The notes beneath the pieces are model-generated. The model made no database searches and was not told the origin of the DNA. It worked only from the letters and a program-made list of their open reading frames with translations. 64,000 bases of DNA from contig DF237166.1 in the NCBI GenBank assembly GCA_000708835.1, positions 62,001 through 126,000 of the forward strand, given 5' to 3'. Shown here piece after piece: positions 36,751 to 50,611 of the stretch. Position 1 is the stretch's first letter, and each line of letters starts with the position of its first letter. A program made the translations under genes and the position numbers. This DNA comes from Klebsormidium nitens (lineage: Eukaryota; Plantae; Klebsormidiophyceae).

Positions 36751-39700
36751 TTATGCTTCGTCAAGGTAATAGTAGTTCCCTGACAACTTCTGTTCTCGAT
36801 CTTTCAAGGAGTCCATTTTATTGATTCGTGGTCGGAAGTTGGTCGGATCTCGTCGGAAGGTGATCTCAAGATTCTGCAGAAGAGTGGGGGTAAACCAGAT
36901 CAGCACCAGACTTTCTCGGCAATGGTTCTCGTCAAAAAGGGTCGAAATCGTTACAAGTTTCAAACCTTGTAGTGACGACAAATCCTGGTTTACACCAGGC
37001 ACAGATATCTAAACACGAGTTTACGCACTCCATGGCAAGAGAGGCACAATGAATCAAGTACGATGGGCGATCTGACAACGTGTGACAAACAAATGCCACA
37101 AGACGGGCAACAACAAGCTGTCCCAGGAGTAACAGTCGCACCAAAGACGAACAGCCTGGGCCACAATACTCAAAGGCCAGGGTGCATGACAAAAACCCCG
37201 TGATCACTTCGCGATATGATAGCAGTTCCAGGATGCCCAAGAGGTGCAAGAATTAACCTATAGGCTGCTAAACGACGCACGAAGAAAAAGAAGGACCGAA
37301 ATACCGGAAAGTAAACGCAAAAACCAAATTGATGCCAGAAACTCCAGAAAGTAAATGCAAAACCAGATTGACGCCAGAAAGTCACGATACAGACAACGGA
37401 AGAAACGACCATCGGGCTCGCTTCGACTGCAACAATCAATGTCTGGAATCGTGGGTCACATCATTCACTAGAATCAGGCCTCTTGACACAGAGCATGATC
37501 GCCCCGCCGAACTGCCTTTGTTTAGAAATGTCCAGCAAGAACGGAAACGCCGTAGGAAGCTCAACCGTAGGATAAAGGTCATGCCAGTCGGAGGCAGTCT
37601 TCTTGACACAGGAAACCCCACTGCCATGTCAGCTAGAGCTTTTACTGATAGAGCAAAGCCAGATACACAAGGGTGGTGAGCTCACCCGTAGGAAGGAGTT
37701 CATGCCGGTGAGGAGGGACTGGGGCGCGCGCGCGACGCAGTCGAGGGAGGGGACTCCGTCGTAGACGATGACCTTGTCGGCCAGGTAGGTGGCCATGATG
37801 AAGTCGTGCTCCACCACGAAGGCCGTCTTCTTGGCGTGCAGAATGAACCGCTTGATCACCTGTGGAATTGAGGATGGTATTAATTTCAAATAGCTCCGGG
37901 CAAAAACGATATCCAAAATGAAGTTTTTGAGTCAATGTCACTTCACAGGCCGTCTTCTTGGCATGCAGAATTGAACCGCTTGAGTATACGCAGAAGGTGA
38001 AGATGCCGTCATATTCGTACAACCCTCTTGCGAGCAGTCCCTCAATTCCTTAAGTCAGGGCTTAGCCAGACGACAGCGTGCTGGCAGACGCAAAGTTGGC
38101 AAGAAGGTGCGCATCCCCCTTTCTTTACGAAGTCAAACCCGACCTCGAATGCAGCGACCAATCTGGTCCGTCGAAAAACCCCAGGCTCACCGACGGTGCA
38201 TGTCCGGGCTTTAAAATCTGACGCGCATTGGAATCAGATGACGTGCCCTATCCAAAGTGTCTTGCTAATGACAGGATACAAGCAGAGAGCTCGGTTAATG
38301 CGAGTAGAGTCCTTGAAAGGAAGAAAGAGAGCGAGACTCAGCCGCACAGTATGAGCAGTGCGGTATACTTTGGGAGTCAGAATGTAGTATGCCCTCAGGC
38401 CACTCTCGCACAAGGATGCACAGATTGGCAGGACCCCTTGAAGATTGATATAACCCGACATTGAGATTTCTTGAGCATGCGTCGACGAGCTGAGGGGACC
38501 TTTCTCCTAGCACAACCGTTTGCCCAAAAGTACCGTTTGGTACAAGGAACCGTTTGCTTAAGGGCATCGCTTCCACCCACCTTTGCTGCCACTATCCGTT
38601 GCTCCGAGTCTAGGTACGCGCTGGGCTCGTCGATAAGGTAGATGTCGGCAGGAGTGCCCAGGCACAGCGCGATGGCCACGCGCTGCAGCTCACCGCCCGA
38701 CAAGTTGATCACCTCCTGGTCCATCAGCTCGTCGATCTGCGAAAAGCGAAGTGATACGTCAATTTCAGCCCAGTCTGAAAGCCTCTTGGAAGTGCTATTG
38801 TGGGGGTGGGTACCTTCTGGATAAGCCCGTTAAATTGCAGAAAAAGGTGTGAACAGATTGAATCAGTGCAGTCCGCAAGCGTATCGGTGGTTTGAGTGGC
38901 CTTTTACACCACCAGGTTAATCACCTCCTGGTCCAGTAGCTCGTCAATCTGCAAAAAGCCATTGTGATAAGCTAAGAGAAAGGCCAGTACGTGGCAATGT
39001 CACACTTTCATGAGGATGTTCGTTTCTAACCTTGGGAGCGCGGGTCCAAAACAGGACAAAATTAGGTTGAACTCAACCCAATTTGCAAGCATACGGTATG
39101 AGGGGTTCGGAAGCTTAAATACCCCAGCACAATAATTGTCCCTAACGACATGGTTGAGAAAAAGGGAGGTAAAGAACAAATTCCGTTGCGAAGTCGCTAA
39201 GTCCCAGAATGTACTTGCACTTTGTGATTGGCTTCGGTTTCATGCTTGTCAATCCAGACATCATGCATAGATGAACATACATACTTGAATGCAGGTGTAA
39301 GATTGAGAATGGAGTTCAAGCGGATAATGGATGACCGAAGCATTACAACAGTCATCGCTGCAACAAAGTGCGAATGAGCAACGATGGCCCGTTCTGCAAT
39401 ACCAAAGGGCCCTCGAATGTAATAGGTTGCCTGCTGCGTCAATATAGGCGGAACAAATTACTCAAGAACTTATCAGTCCATTACGACTAGACGATTTTTA
39501 AACCGTATATCTACTTAACAAAACCATCTATAAACTTATCTTCACGGTCGTGCCCAATAACGATTGTGACACTGAACAACTTTCAACAACACCCTCTACC
39601 TTCCAGCAAGACCGCCAGGGCCCTGGTGATGCAAAGAAGACGGCCCCATAAAATTCCGCAACACACAAAAACAGGGGGCGATTCAAACATCCAACAAAAG

Positions 39701-42700
39701 AGGCAGTTGCACAGCGGCTCACCCGGAGGGGCTTCATGACGTCGGTGTTGAACTGCGGGTGCATGTAGGACTCGCGGATCTTCTTGTGCAGCAGCAGGCG
39801 CACCGTGTTCTGGAACTTGGGGCTGATCTTCTGCGGCTTGTATGACACGTGGAACTCCGGCACCTCCGCACGGTCGTCTTCATCCGGCTTCAGCAGGCCC
39901 GCCTGCGGGGAGCGGTTGAGCGCGGGTTTAGTCAAAACCCTTGGTGGGTCAAAGACATTGATAGGTTGATAGGTTGATAGGTTGATAGGTTGAGATAGCA
40001 GGTTAAGAACACCAGTTAGAACCTCCGCGCGCTCGTCGTCGTCCGGCTTCAGCAGGCCTGCCGCGTGAATGCGTTTGCAGCGAAAATAGGTTAGAAGTCC
40101 TTAGACGTTAGCCCACAGGGAAATCCTTCGCAGCCCCTGCCGTCAGCGATCCAGCATGGCCGCCTGCGGAAACCGCTTGCAGCGGAGAAAAGTCAACAAT
40201 CATGCAATTATATGAACCACTGTGTACCCCTGTACGGTTCTTGTCGTCTAGCTTCAGCAGGCCCGCCTACAGGAACGGCAGAGCTCGGGTTAGTCAGAAC
40301 CTTGCATGGATTAAGGCTGCAACCGTTAAAAGGTTAGCTGAATAACAACACCACTGAGCACCTTTTCGTACGCTTCCACAGGCCCGCCTGCCAGGAGCGG
40401 CAGAGCAGGGGTTAGTCAGAACCCTTCATGGGTTAGTGGCATTGAGAGGTCTACCCAAAATTGTAGTTCAAACAAACAATTTTTGCCGCCGTTTCTTACT
40501 TGAGTCGCAACACGGCATGGTGGAGTCTTCACGCCCTTGAAAGGCCAAAACTTAGTACAGATTTGCTGCTTTGAAAATTTGTTCAATCCCGCCAGCATGC
40601 ACGATGACGTTATGATTGATATTCTGTCCAAAAGCCTGCTCGCACAAGTTTTGGTCGCACCGTCCTCACGCAGGTTCAAGCAAAATCCCGTACAACTGAT
40701 ACCCGGGTCTAGAAAGGTTTGCCTTCCACTGTCAGGGCATTTCGTCCCTCACCCTGCCAGCAAACAATTTCCACAATATCCTGCTCAGAACAGGGGGCGC
40801 TTCAAAGTGCGTCGATCCAAAATATGGAGAGTTCGCGCACTCACGAGCATCCGGATGAATGTGGTTTTCCCCGTCCCGTTCTCTCCCAGCATCACCACGA
40901 TCGCCGAGTCCGTGAACTCGCCCTCCTCCACTTGCAGCGTAAAGCTGCCCTGCGTCTTTTTCATCGCGGGGTACTTGTACCGCGCATACGACTGCAACTC
41001 CTCCTTTGTCTCAGTTGCAGTCTCCGCCACCTGAAGGAGGAAGCTTTGAGAAGTGACAAGGCCGCGAGTGCAGAAAGAAAGAAAGTGAAGACCCAAAGAG
41101 TGAGATAGTAACAAGAAGAGCTGGATTCGAGTGGCTACCTAGACTTCTATGATTGCAATCCCCCGAGCATCTGAGATCCGTGACGAGATGACGCAATCGA
41201 CTTGTGACTTGCGAAAGCTCCGAAGCTTGACGTCACGCCCATCAATATAACCAGGGGCCCACGACGTAAGATCTTACAATTAGGCACGAAGATCAGGAGC
41301 AAACTTCCAGAGAGTCGCAAATGGTACGTGCTTGCACCTCACGTCGGGGGGCTAATCCGACAAGACAGCGAAGACACACATTCTACACTCTTCGAAATGA
41401 TGGAGCATGATGAAACAGACTACTCAGAGGTCCCTTCATACAGTCTGCACACCCGAGAGTAACGCGTATACAACTGAGAGCGGTGCCATATAAGTGCGTG
41501 ACTCCTGGCGAGAAATTATCGGCTGCCCTAAATCCGTTCCGAAACGCCAACCGGCAAAGTTCCAAGTTGAACGGACGCGCCGCCACACCCAATACTAAAC
41601 AATGGGCTTCCTGTCCTTCGTGGAGAGGAGAAAACGCACCTTGAAGGTGAGCGACTCGTCGCGGAAGCGCAGGTTCTCGGTGGGGATGAAGCCGGCGAGG
41701 AAGATATTGATGCCCTCGCGCACGGAGAAGGGCAGCGTGACCACGCCGTATGCGCCGGGCTTGCCGTACAGGCAGCAGATGAAGTCGGACAGGTAGTCCA
41801 GCACGCTCAGGTCGTGCTCCACCACGATCACGTAGCTGCAAACATGTTTAAGATTGTAGGTTTGGGTGCATTGTTGCTCTCCTTCATTTTCGCATTGTCG
41901 AATTTTGATGTGCTGCGGATTGCTGTATCCGAGTAAAGCGGACCAAAAGGCTAGCACGCTCAGGTCGTGCTCCACCGCGCTCACGTAGCTGCGGAAACAA
42001 ACCACTTTCGGTATTCTTTTATTTCCTATTCGGTGTTGCCCTCCCTCCTTTTCCGCAATGTTATTGGTCTGCATGATTGCAGATCGTTGTATGTGGTAGG
42101 AGAGGAGGGAAAGGCTGGCGCGCTTTGGTCGAACTCTGCAACGTCCGTGGCCTGGAACGGAAAGAGATCCCAAAGCGTCTGATCGATCTCTGGCAAAGGA
42201 CGTTTTCGTGACAATATTCGTCACGCAGTTGATCACGCTCAGTAATCTCTCCACAATCGTCGAGCTCTTCAAGGCGGCTGAGCGGTTGAATACTGACTCT
42301 AAAAGCAAGAGTCCTCTTCATTCGTCTATCCTCGTCGAAAACCACGCCGCAGCCGTAGGTGCGCGAGAAGGCAAATGGCTACGTTTTGCTATTCCACCAA
42401 AGCTGTCAGCAGTCGACGCCGTTTGCTCCGTTTCATCCCAGGCGATTTACAGTCAACCTCGCTAAGATCGGGTTTTCACAGTCCAATGATCAGACCAGGT
42501 GCTGCCGTACAGAGGTGCTGCTATACCAAGGTGCTGCTTAGGCGTGCTTCAGCGACAGCTCTTCCGCAAAGTGCAGTGAGGGAGGGACTGAGGGCGCCAC
42601 CGTCTATTCCAAAAAAGTAATTATCAATCCTGACGGTCTGAGAAACTTTGTCTCGAAATAGCTATCTCGAAGGATTGCTCACAAGGAATATTGCATAGAA

Positions 42701-45700
42701 CCAACAGTGACCTCCAATGCTGATTGCCCACTCTGCATTTGAAAACTTCGGAACGTAGACTTCTAAACAACGAAGCTCCAACAGTTCGCAACGAAAGCGC
42801 GCTGACCTTTCTGGATGTAGGAGTGACCGCACGACCTGCGCCGCTTTGAGCCGCTGCTTGACATCGAGGTAGCTGGACGGCTCGTCAAACATGTACACGT
42901 CAGCTTTTTGCGCAGCCACCACGCCGATCGCAAACCGCTGCAGCTCGCCACCCGACAGGTCCTCCACATTGCGGTCCAGCACCTGGTTCAGCTCTGCGAG
43001 GACAACCAAATGGTTTGGATTCAATAACTTGTTTGAAAACGGAAGGAACATGATCATCGTTTTCGGAAAAGGGAAGAAGGAGCTATTGTTGCAGTGGACT
43101 GCCGAGTGAATAGAGGGAAAAGCTTTGAAAGAAAATCAAAGCGGACGAGGAAAAGGCTGAGAAGTGGACAAGAGCCCTGCAGGGGTAATCTCGTGATTCC
43201 ACGATTCTAAGCAAGGTTCTAACGCTCAAGTGGTGTCTCTGCACAGCATGAATATGGCACATACCAAAACCTTGCGAAGTCCGAGGATCTTATACGGACT
43301 GGCTGATTCAAAGTAACTCAATCAACAAACACACTCATGGTCGTCAGACCTTCTTGGCACATCCAAAGTCACCACAAATCAAAAACCCGGCCTTCCTCGT
43401 CATGTCGTTCTGCATCCACCGCATTGAAGGCCTCTGAACTCAAGGCCAGTTATGGCTTCTTACCCCCTCCCTGGCAAACATGTAAAGACAACCAGTGCGA
43501 CTTTTAAAGTTCTGCCAATCCAATACTACACAGTGTATGTCCCACTTTTATCGCTCGCGCATCCTTCCCCTCTGTTGCTAATAGCAGCACAATCTCCTCA
43601 CCTAGAACGTCCAGCAGATTCTGCTTCTCCCCCCGCTCGTCCTTCTGCGACAGCACCTCCCCCACATTGCCCTTCACTGCGCGCGGAATATGGTCCACAT
43701 ACTGCGGCTTGATTGTCGGCTTCAGGTTGTCTTCCAGCACCTGCCGGCGAAAACGATAGCAAGATTTGTAAGAATTCCTAATTCTTGAACCGAGATCTTC
43801 TCAGACAGAAGTTCCTGATTCTTCGGATGTCAGAACGTCTGACTCTCAGGGCGCCTCGGTAAATGCAAGGCGTTCTCACTCGGACTACAATTACTTGAAG
43901 CTACCATAGGCATTTGAATCCTTGCCTGATTCGTGTTCCTTGGAGCTGCGTCCGCTTCGTTCATACCCTTATGTCTTACAAGCTAGTAAGCTCGCCAAAT
44001 TTCTGAAGATTGCGCACACTCTCTTCCGGTTTGAGAGTCGACTTCAAAGTCCGGACAAAGATGTACAAGACAACCTCTTTCGCTCCGATTGCCTGAACTC
44101 TTTGCTGCATCATCATTCGCTTCCAGAGAAAGGAAAAGTTGAATCCTGAAAGCTGGTTCCCAACTCAGACATCCCACTCCTAACACTGCGTCTCGCGATT
44201 TGAAGCGTCAACTTGAAATCGCACCTTTGTGAAGTAGTTTTGCAGCTCGCTCCCTCGGAAGTGCGTCAAGATCTCCTCCCAGTCTGGGGGGTCATCAAAG
44301 CGCCCCAGGTTCGGTTTCAGCTTCCCAGCCAGGACTTTGAGCGCCGTCGACTTCCCAATACCATTGGTCCCCACCAGACCCAGGACTTGGCCAGGCCGGG
44401 GGACCGGCAACCTGGAAACCAATTGAAACTCAGCTTCGTCGAACAATCCCATTTCTGATCTCTGACTAGGTGGCCGTCGCGAAAGCTTGGGTAGAAACTA
44501 TGGTCTACCCGAGACAAAATCTTGCACAGAGAACTTCAAGACTGCAACCTCACAAATTACAGAGATCTTTCAAGCAGTTTGGTGCAATACCTGCTTGAAG
44601 ATGTCAGTGCACAGGTACCCGAAGACTCAACACTAGTATCACCATGACGAAACTGATCTCTGAGGGGCAGCTAAAGGGCAGCGGCGACAGCGCATCATGG
44701 GAACCATGCTCACCTGTGCAGCTTGAAGGTGTTGGGGCCATATCTGTGCGTGGTGTCCCTCTCGAGATTCTTAGGGAGGTTGATGATCTGGATCGCCTCA
44801 AAGGGACATTTCTGCAAGTACACGATCAGGTGTGAGAAGACAGCCTGAGTCTTCGTGCACCAACTTCAACCGTGCCTAGGGGGTCTCCACAAGGACTATA
44901 TCCCGGCAATTCTTTGTAACAGACAGGTTGAAGTCAAGCTTGGGTCTCCGTTAATCAGACCTCTATACCAGCAAGCGCTCTGCGGCAGACCCATCATCTC
45001 TCAAAACCAGTGCAGCCTTCGCCATGCAAGACATGGGCTACTGGATCCTAAGTGGTGACTCCTGATTTCCACTGCTGGTAGGCGTGAACGACTTTGATTT
45101 CGAGCCATTTGAATAACAGCGTAGGACAGCGCCAGCGAACTGATTGGACCACACCGCCAATTAGATTGGTTCGTTTACCTTAACACAGATACCGCAGCCG
45201 ATGCACAGCTCCTCAGAGATATACGCAACCTTGGAAGCGGGCGTGACCTCAATACACAACTTTCCTGCACCAGAACGAGAGGCCATGCTGAGAATTCAAT
45301 CAGATTCTTGAGCAGTAAGACTACACGTAAGCACTTCCTAACAACTACTGAGGCTTGGGCCCTAACAGAAAGCCGGGCCATAACATCAAACAACCCAGCA
45401 AAGTTGCATGCACTAGGTTTATGGCCAAAAAGTCGTTGAATGATTCGTGCGATCTTTTAATCCAATTGCGTCCCCTTCGCCTGCTGAATTATGTCAGGCT
45501 TTTCCAGAGGTGTGTGAAAGTAAAGAACTTGGAAAACTTGGGCTCAACCACAACGTCATCAACCCTTTTTGTGAGACAAAACCTTTTCCTGGACGATGCC
45601 GCCTTCGATAAGCAGCTGCAGCACATCCCTGAGCAGCCTGCCCAAACCTTTACCAAGTACCATTACCAACATCAGCCGGGAAGCTGGCGTTAATCCAGCA

Positions 45701-45903
45701 CAAAAGGCGTTTCATCCGTTGCAACTTGTCAGGAAGCAGTGAGCTGGTCGCAGTGTTGCCTTGGCGGACATAATGGAGTTCTGAGCAAAGAGTGACTTAC
45801 CAATCTTCACGACAGGGCAGCTCTTCTTGCACTCCTGCCGGCACTTCTTTGGCTTGCACCTGTCAGCGCTCACAATGGCGATACGCGTCAGCTTATCGGC
45901 CAT
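36751..45903 (-). CDS. ABCE1: ABCE1 / RLI ribosome recycling ATPase with N-terminal Fe-S domain
   Basis: 12 exons: 45801-45903, 45179-45264, 44714-44811, 44225-44411, 43602-43740, 42807-42993, 41640-41835, 40845-41030, 39723-39902, 38581-38736, 37686-37859, 36751-36873. Motifs: [27 protein letters not shown], two Walker A ([18 protein letters not shown]), two LSGGELQR signatures, C-terminal [15 protein letters not shown]. Confidence 0.97.
39958..39992. repeat. (ATAGGTTG)4 microsatellite in an ABCE1 intron
   Basis: Four exact 8-bp units, between the real exon-9 acceptor and its first echo copy. Confidence 0.85.
40021..40435 (-). repeat. Four degenerate copies of the ABCE1 exon-9 acceptor region
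   Basis: Plus-strand ccggcttcagcaggcccgcctgcggggagcggttgagcgcgggtttagtcaaaaccc (real at about 39883-39940) recurs near 40040, 40155, 40250 and 40378. Confidence 0.85.
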
Positions 45904-46580
45904 TGCTGCCGCCGCCCCACCCGCCGGCCGCTACTGAACCAACAAGAGCAGCCTCCTCTCAGCAACGGTCAGCTCGTTCGTAGATACTACTGCTGCCAAC
46001 AAGCAATGACTCAACAGAAAGGTGGCGCCAAAGATCAAACTCTACAGCGCTTTAAAAGCCCAGCTCGCTGAGTATGCGTGATGCGGTCGTACAACCTAGC
46101 CAACCCCTTTGCGCCCTTCTTAGGAGCTCTCGCACCAATCCGGCCTCCCTTTTGGTACGGCCAACAATCAAATGTTGACCCTCCAGGATCTAAGCGCCCC
46201 CCTCCTTTCCTGTCCTGCAAAACTTGCTGAACCCTGCGGAAACCGAGTGCCAGCACTTCCACAAACCTCCTCCGTCTGTGCCACTCCCTCTCTCCAATTC
46301 CTCCCTACTACTACTACCGTAGTAGGGGGTCGCCAATACCATCACAAACGGTTCTGGACGTCAGCTCGCACAGTCTGCAAAGAACCTTTCCCATCCGGGC
46401 CAGGCTAGCGCCGTCGACAGCAACGGCAGACAGTCCTACCGTTCGCGGCGACCAAAGCTTAGCTAGAAGTGGGGCCGAGAAGTGGAGCGACTGCAAGTTC
46501 AACACGAGCTGAAGTCTTCAAAATCCTGCCAGTTCAGCAATTGTTCAAAGTTCAAACGTCCTGACAAGCTGAAAGCGCCA

Positions 46581-49500
46581 ATGGCAGCACTAGCAGCAAC
46601 ACTGCCAGCAAAGCCGCTTCCAGGAAGCAGCATTGCAAGCTGGCGGGGGCGTCAAGACTCTCCAGGAGGGCAGGTACAGAATACAGAATTCCCGCTAACA
46701 AAATGCAGCCACATTGGCACATGGATAGATACAGGGGTTTCACGTCGATCCGTGAGGGCTCGAAGTACGGTGCCAGCAACACGTTGCACTCCATCAGGAA
46801 CTGTAAAGATGCATGCAATGCATTCGAATGCAGGTAAGCTTTCTGTTCACCTTTCTTGGACACAGATGCGGGCGCTAACTGACTGCCCAATCGAAGCAAG
46901 AACTTCAAGAAATGACATATTTCAATGAGTGGAGGCACTTACTCTGCTCACTTAGACTATCCAGATCTCAAATCTCTTCCTCGAAAGAAATCTCTTACCT
47001 GTTCCCCAAGAATGTTCTGTTAAACAAAGGATTCAGCTTCCTGACATTCATTCGTTTGAGCCCTTGTTCCATAGTGAACAACCCAAAAATGTGATGCTTG
47101 AAGAGATCAGTCCTTAGAATCACACCAATGGAACTGGCTTGAAAGCTGATAGAGTGATCAAGAGGCTCTGGAAAGAACAAAAAGAAAGCTTTTTGCAGCC
47201 AGCCCCTCTAACCAACTATCTGACGGACAAAATGTCTGCTCCAATGCTTAAGCACAGCTATCCCTGCAGGCCCTCCGTTGAAGCCTGCAGTCTTTTTACT
47301 GCCAACCAAAAGGCCCTTGGAAGGTCGCAGACAGAAAGTGAGCCTCCGGGAAGACTATATGGCTTGACCCTTTCAGTGTACGCAGTATGGAGTGTCTCAT
47401 ACAACCTGTCCGATCACTGTATCAGTAGAGTAGATAGCCTGCTCATTTATGGTTGTTGACTGTGTGGAGAAGGAATCTTGCTTCAAGCATGTAATCTTTC
47501 GATCTTTCACCTGTGGTGGCTGGAATGTTTGAGAAAGGAAACCACGCAAGCCTGGTCCAGGCAAAAAGTGGGTGGAAGGAAGCTGACAAGGTTGATTCTG
47601 GGTTCATGGCCAGCTTCTGCAGCTTCGAGCTAGCGCAAGCCCAACAGAAGGAGAACCGCTGACTAAAACTGGTGAGTTCTTTTCTAAGCTGACTCTGTCT
47701 CTCTGCCAGCGCAAGGACAGAATGTCTAAACTGCTTGTCAGCAAAACTTGGTTGTCTTGCTCACTAAACTTTGTATCGAAAAGCCTGCTTAGTTAGACCT
47801 TCCGGCATACTTTCCGTGTGTTCCGCAGGTGTTCGTTGATCGAAAATACGCGGTTTTCTGATATTGTTGTGTGGCTCACCGCAACCTTCCTCAGCTTACA
47901 ACTGAACGGCCAGAAACCAAGCACTTCTCAGCTGCTGCCCTTGCTCCCTGCAATCAAACTCACGCTCGCACCAATGTCTCTCCCAGGATTCATAGCCGAC
48001 AAGAACAACCAATCGAATGCGTATGGTTTGTTGGCCGTTATTGTGGCGGCCAGTGCAGTTGGCGCACTGGCCTTCCCTGAGCAGACCCTGGCCGTGCTTC
48101 TGAACGCGCGTGCGACGCCAGTTTCGCTCTCTGCGGTCCGAGCTGCGGGGGCCAGTCTAATCCCTGTCGCCGCCTCACATCAGTGTCTGAAAGTAAGAGC
48201 TTTTAAACCTTGAAGTCTTACTTGAGTCACATGGGCTAACGAAGGCAGGGACGACGTATGCTGGGTCGACCGTCTAGAAGTCAGCCAAGTGACGACGGTT
48301 TGTGCCGAATAGAAGCCTAAATAAGGAAGGTCGCCCTTTGTTCTTCATGGATTTAATGGTGGGCTCGCTTGTCAGAGTTGTGTCGCAGATAGAGTCAGCC
48401 TGAAAGAGGAATTCCAAAGGCAATCATCTGTGGGGGCCTTCCCAATGGACGACCTTTTCCGGTTGCTGGTGTCTTGAATCAAAGATCGAATGTGAATGCG
48501 GCTATTCTTAGAAGCGAGGCATCCCGGATACGAAGGCGGCAATACGCTCAACCCGTCTGGTGGCATCGATCTCTGCAGGACGCAGCGTCACATAACCGCC
48601 TCTCGTCCGCCACATACAAGCGGCTCAACCTGGCCGTTATCTTCTTCTGGGCGATCGTTTTGTGGATCGTGGTAGCAGCCAAGCTGCAATCGATTCTGCC
48701 GCCAACTTCCTTCGGGTGAGGATTCGGTCACCGTAGATGTACTCCCAGGGACCACAATGAACTGCGAATTCAGATCTCGCTAGATCAAGAAAGCGTATTA
48801 GGTGCCTGGTCCGTGAAATTGAAAGTGTTGTTTTCGATTCGTCAAGCGCGAGCGGCAGAAGGTGAGGCTTTCTATTGTAGAAAGTACAGAGAGCTCCTTA
48901 CCTGCAGTCAAGTGTCTGTCTAAGAACAAGGGGCCGGTTGCAGTCAGCAGCACCGGAATCTCATTTAAATTGACATTTCGAGCAACGGCTTTCCGCGAAT
49001 CGAGCAGGTGGGACTATCTGAATGAGGTGTTTCCTTAAACTACGCCTGCGGAGCACCTCAGACCGGTAGCCAGATTTTCTTCAAAGAAAGCAATCGTCAG
49101 TTCCTGACTCGCACTAACACTTGTCTTCGAAGTGCGCAGATTTAGAATGCTGCGCTGCAGTCATTCTTGTACGAGGCCAGGCCGAGCTTGTGAGATCGAC
49201 CTTGAACAGGTCCATCCATCTGCGAACTATGGCAATATTGCCCTTCCGTTTTCTACGCCCTCATCATTCTCGAAAAAACCCAATCTCCGTTATTCGACGT
49301 CAGCCATCAACACACCAATCCGCAACAGACGCAGTTTAAACAACCAGCATATGTAAGGACTTATGTCCCAATCTCTTATCCCTTTCCATCAACTTCCGCA
49401 GAATCCTCACCGCCATCTCGATCTTCGGCACCGCCCTCCCCTGGCTCATCTCCTCTTCCAGCGGGTCCTCCTTGGTCGCCCTCTACAAGGACTTCTCCTC

Positions 49501-50611
49501 CTCTTACGGCACCGTTCTCAAGCCAACCGGGGCGACCAGCGCCGCCTACGGCTTCTTCTCCGCGGCTTGCTACGCACTCGGGGCGGGGCTTTTCTACTTT
49601 CCCCACCACTTCCAGCTGCGCTATCCGGCGCTGCTCGGCGCATCGACGGCGGTCCCCGACTTCTTCTGGCAAATGCTCGCGAATGTGTACTACGCTTCTA
49701 GCGTCCTGTTCTTCGTGCTCAAGGTGGGGCCGCTTTCGTTTCACTCTTTCAGAATTTCGATAGTAAAAGTACCAGTGGCGATATTTTTGGTCTTTCGCCC
49801 CACTTCTTTCGGCAGATACTCGCGAACGTGTACTACGATTCTAGCGTGCTGTTTTCGTTGTTAAGGTGAAGCCGCTTTTGTTTCGCTCTTTTAAGATCTT
49901 GTAACGAGAGCACTAGTGGCAGTAATTGTGTCGCCTATCCAGCATTCGACTTCGTCTGGCAAGTCTTTGCAAGCTTCCACACGGCCCTCTTTGCTCTCAC
50001 GCCGGAAGATGCATGAGGATCGAAATTTTAATCCCAACATGACGTCGCTTGCTTCCGCCAATGCTTCCTTCAGCCTGGTGCTTGAGGGGGATGACCCTGA
50101 AAGTCTTGCTTTTCCTCTTACTTCAAAGCGCCTGTGTATGTGGAATGGACTAATATTCTCGCTTTTATGTTGAGTTACGGCTATGTTGAGTGAGGTCATG
50201 CCCGGGGGACGGGTGGGGTTACTTTGGGGGTTTAGAGTGGGTACGGGTGCGGAGCATGTTAACTTTGGGTTCAGATTCTAAGTTTGTTTGAGCCCGGGGA
50301 CTTGATCAAACTCAACATAAAATCGAGACGTAAGAATGGACTCGCTCACCTGCTCGGCGGCATATACTTACGTTATCCGTTTTGCCTTGCAGGACGCATC
50401 CGAGCGGGGTCGCCTGGCCGCGAGCACGTTCAAGAACCTCAACGCCAGCTTCGCGGCTGCTTCGCTTACGATCCTACTCAACTTCGTAACCGAGTTTTTG
50501 AAACTGAACCACAGCATAGGCGATGTCGGGCTGGGCTGGTCGTTCCAAGTACTGGTTTTGGGGCTTGTGTTTGTAGTGACGTCGTACAACTACTTGACAG
50601 CCCGGAAATGA
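46581..50611 (+). CDS. Multi-pass membrane protein of unknown function, probable organellar transit peptide, internally duplicated
   Basis: Exons 46581-46833 (or 46802 plus optional 47623-47671), 47987-48192, 48579-48715, 49402-49723, 50393-50611; the last four are phase-consistent. Several hydrophobic stretches and two copies of LK-DA-x3/4-RL-x3-T-[YF]-K-x-LN. Confidence 0.75.
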
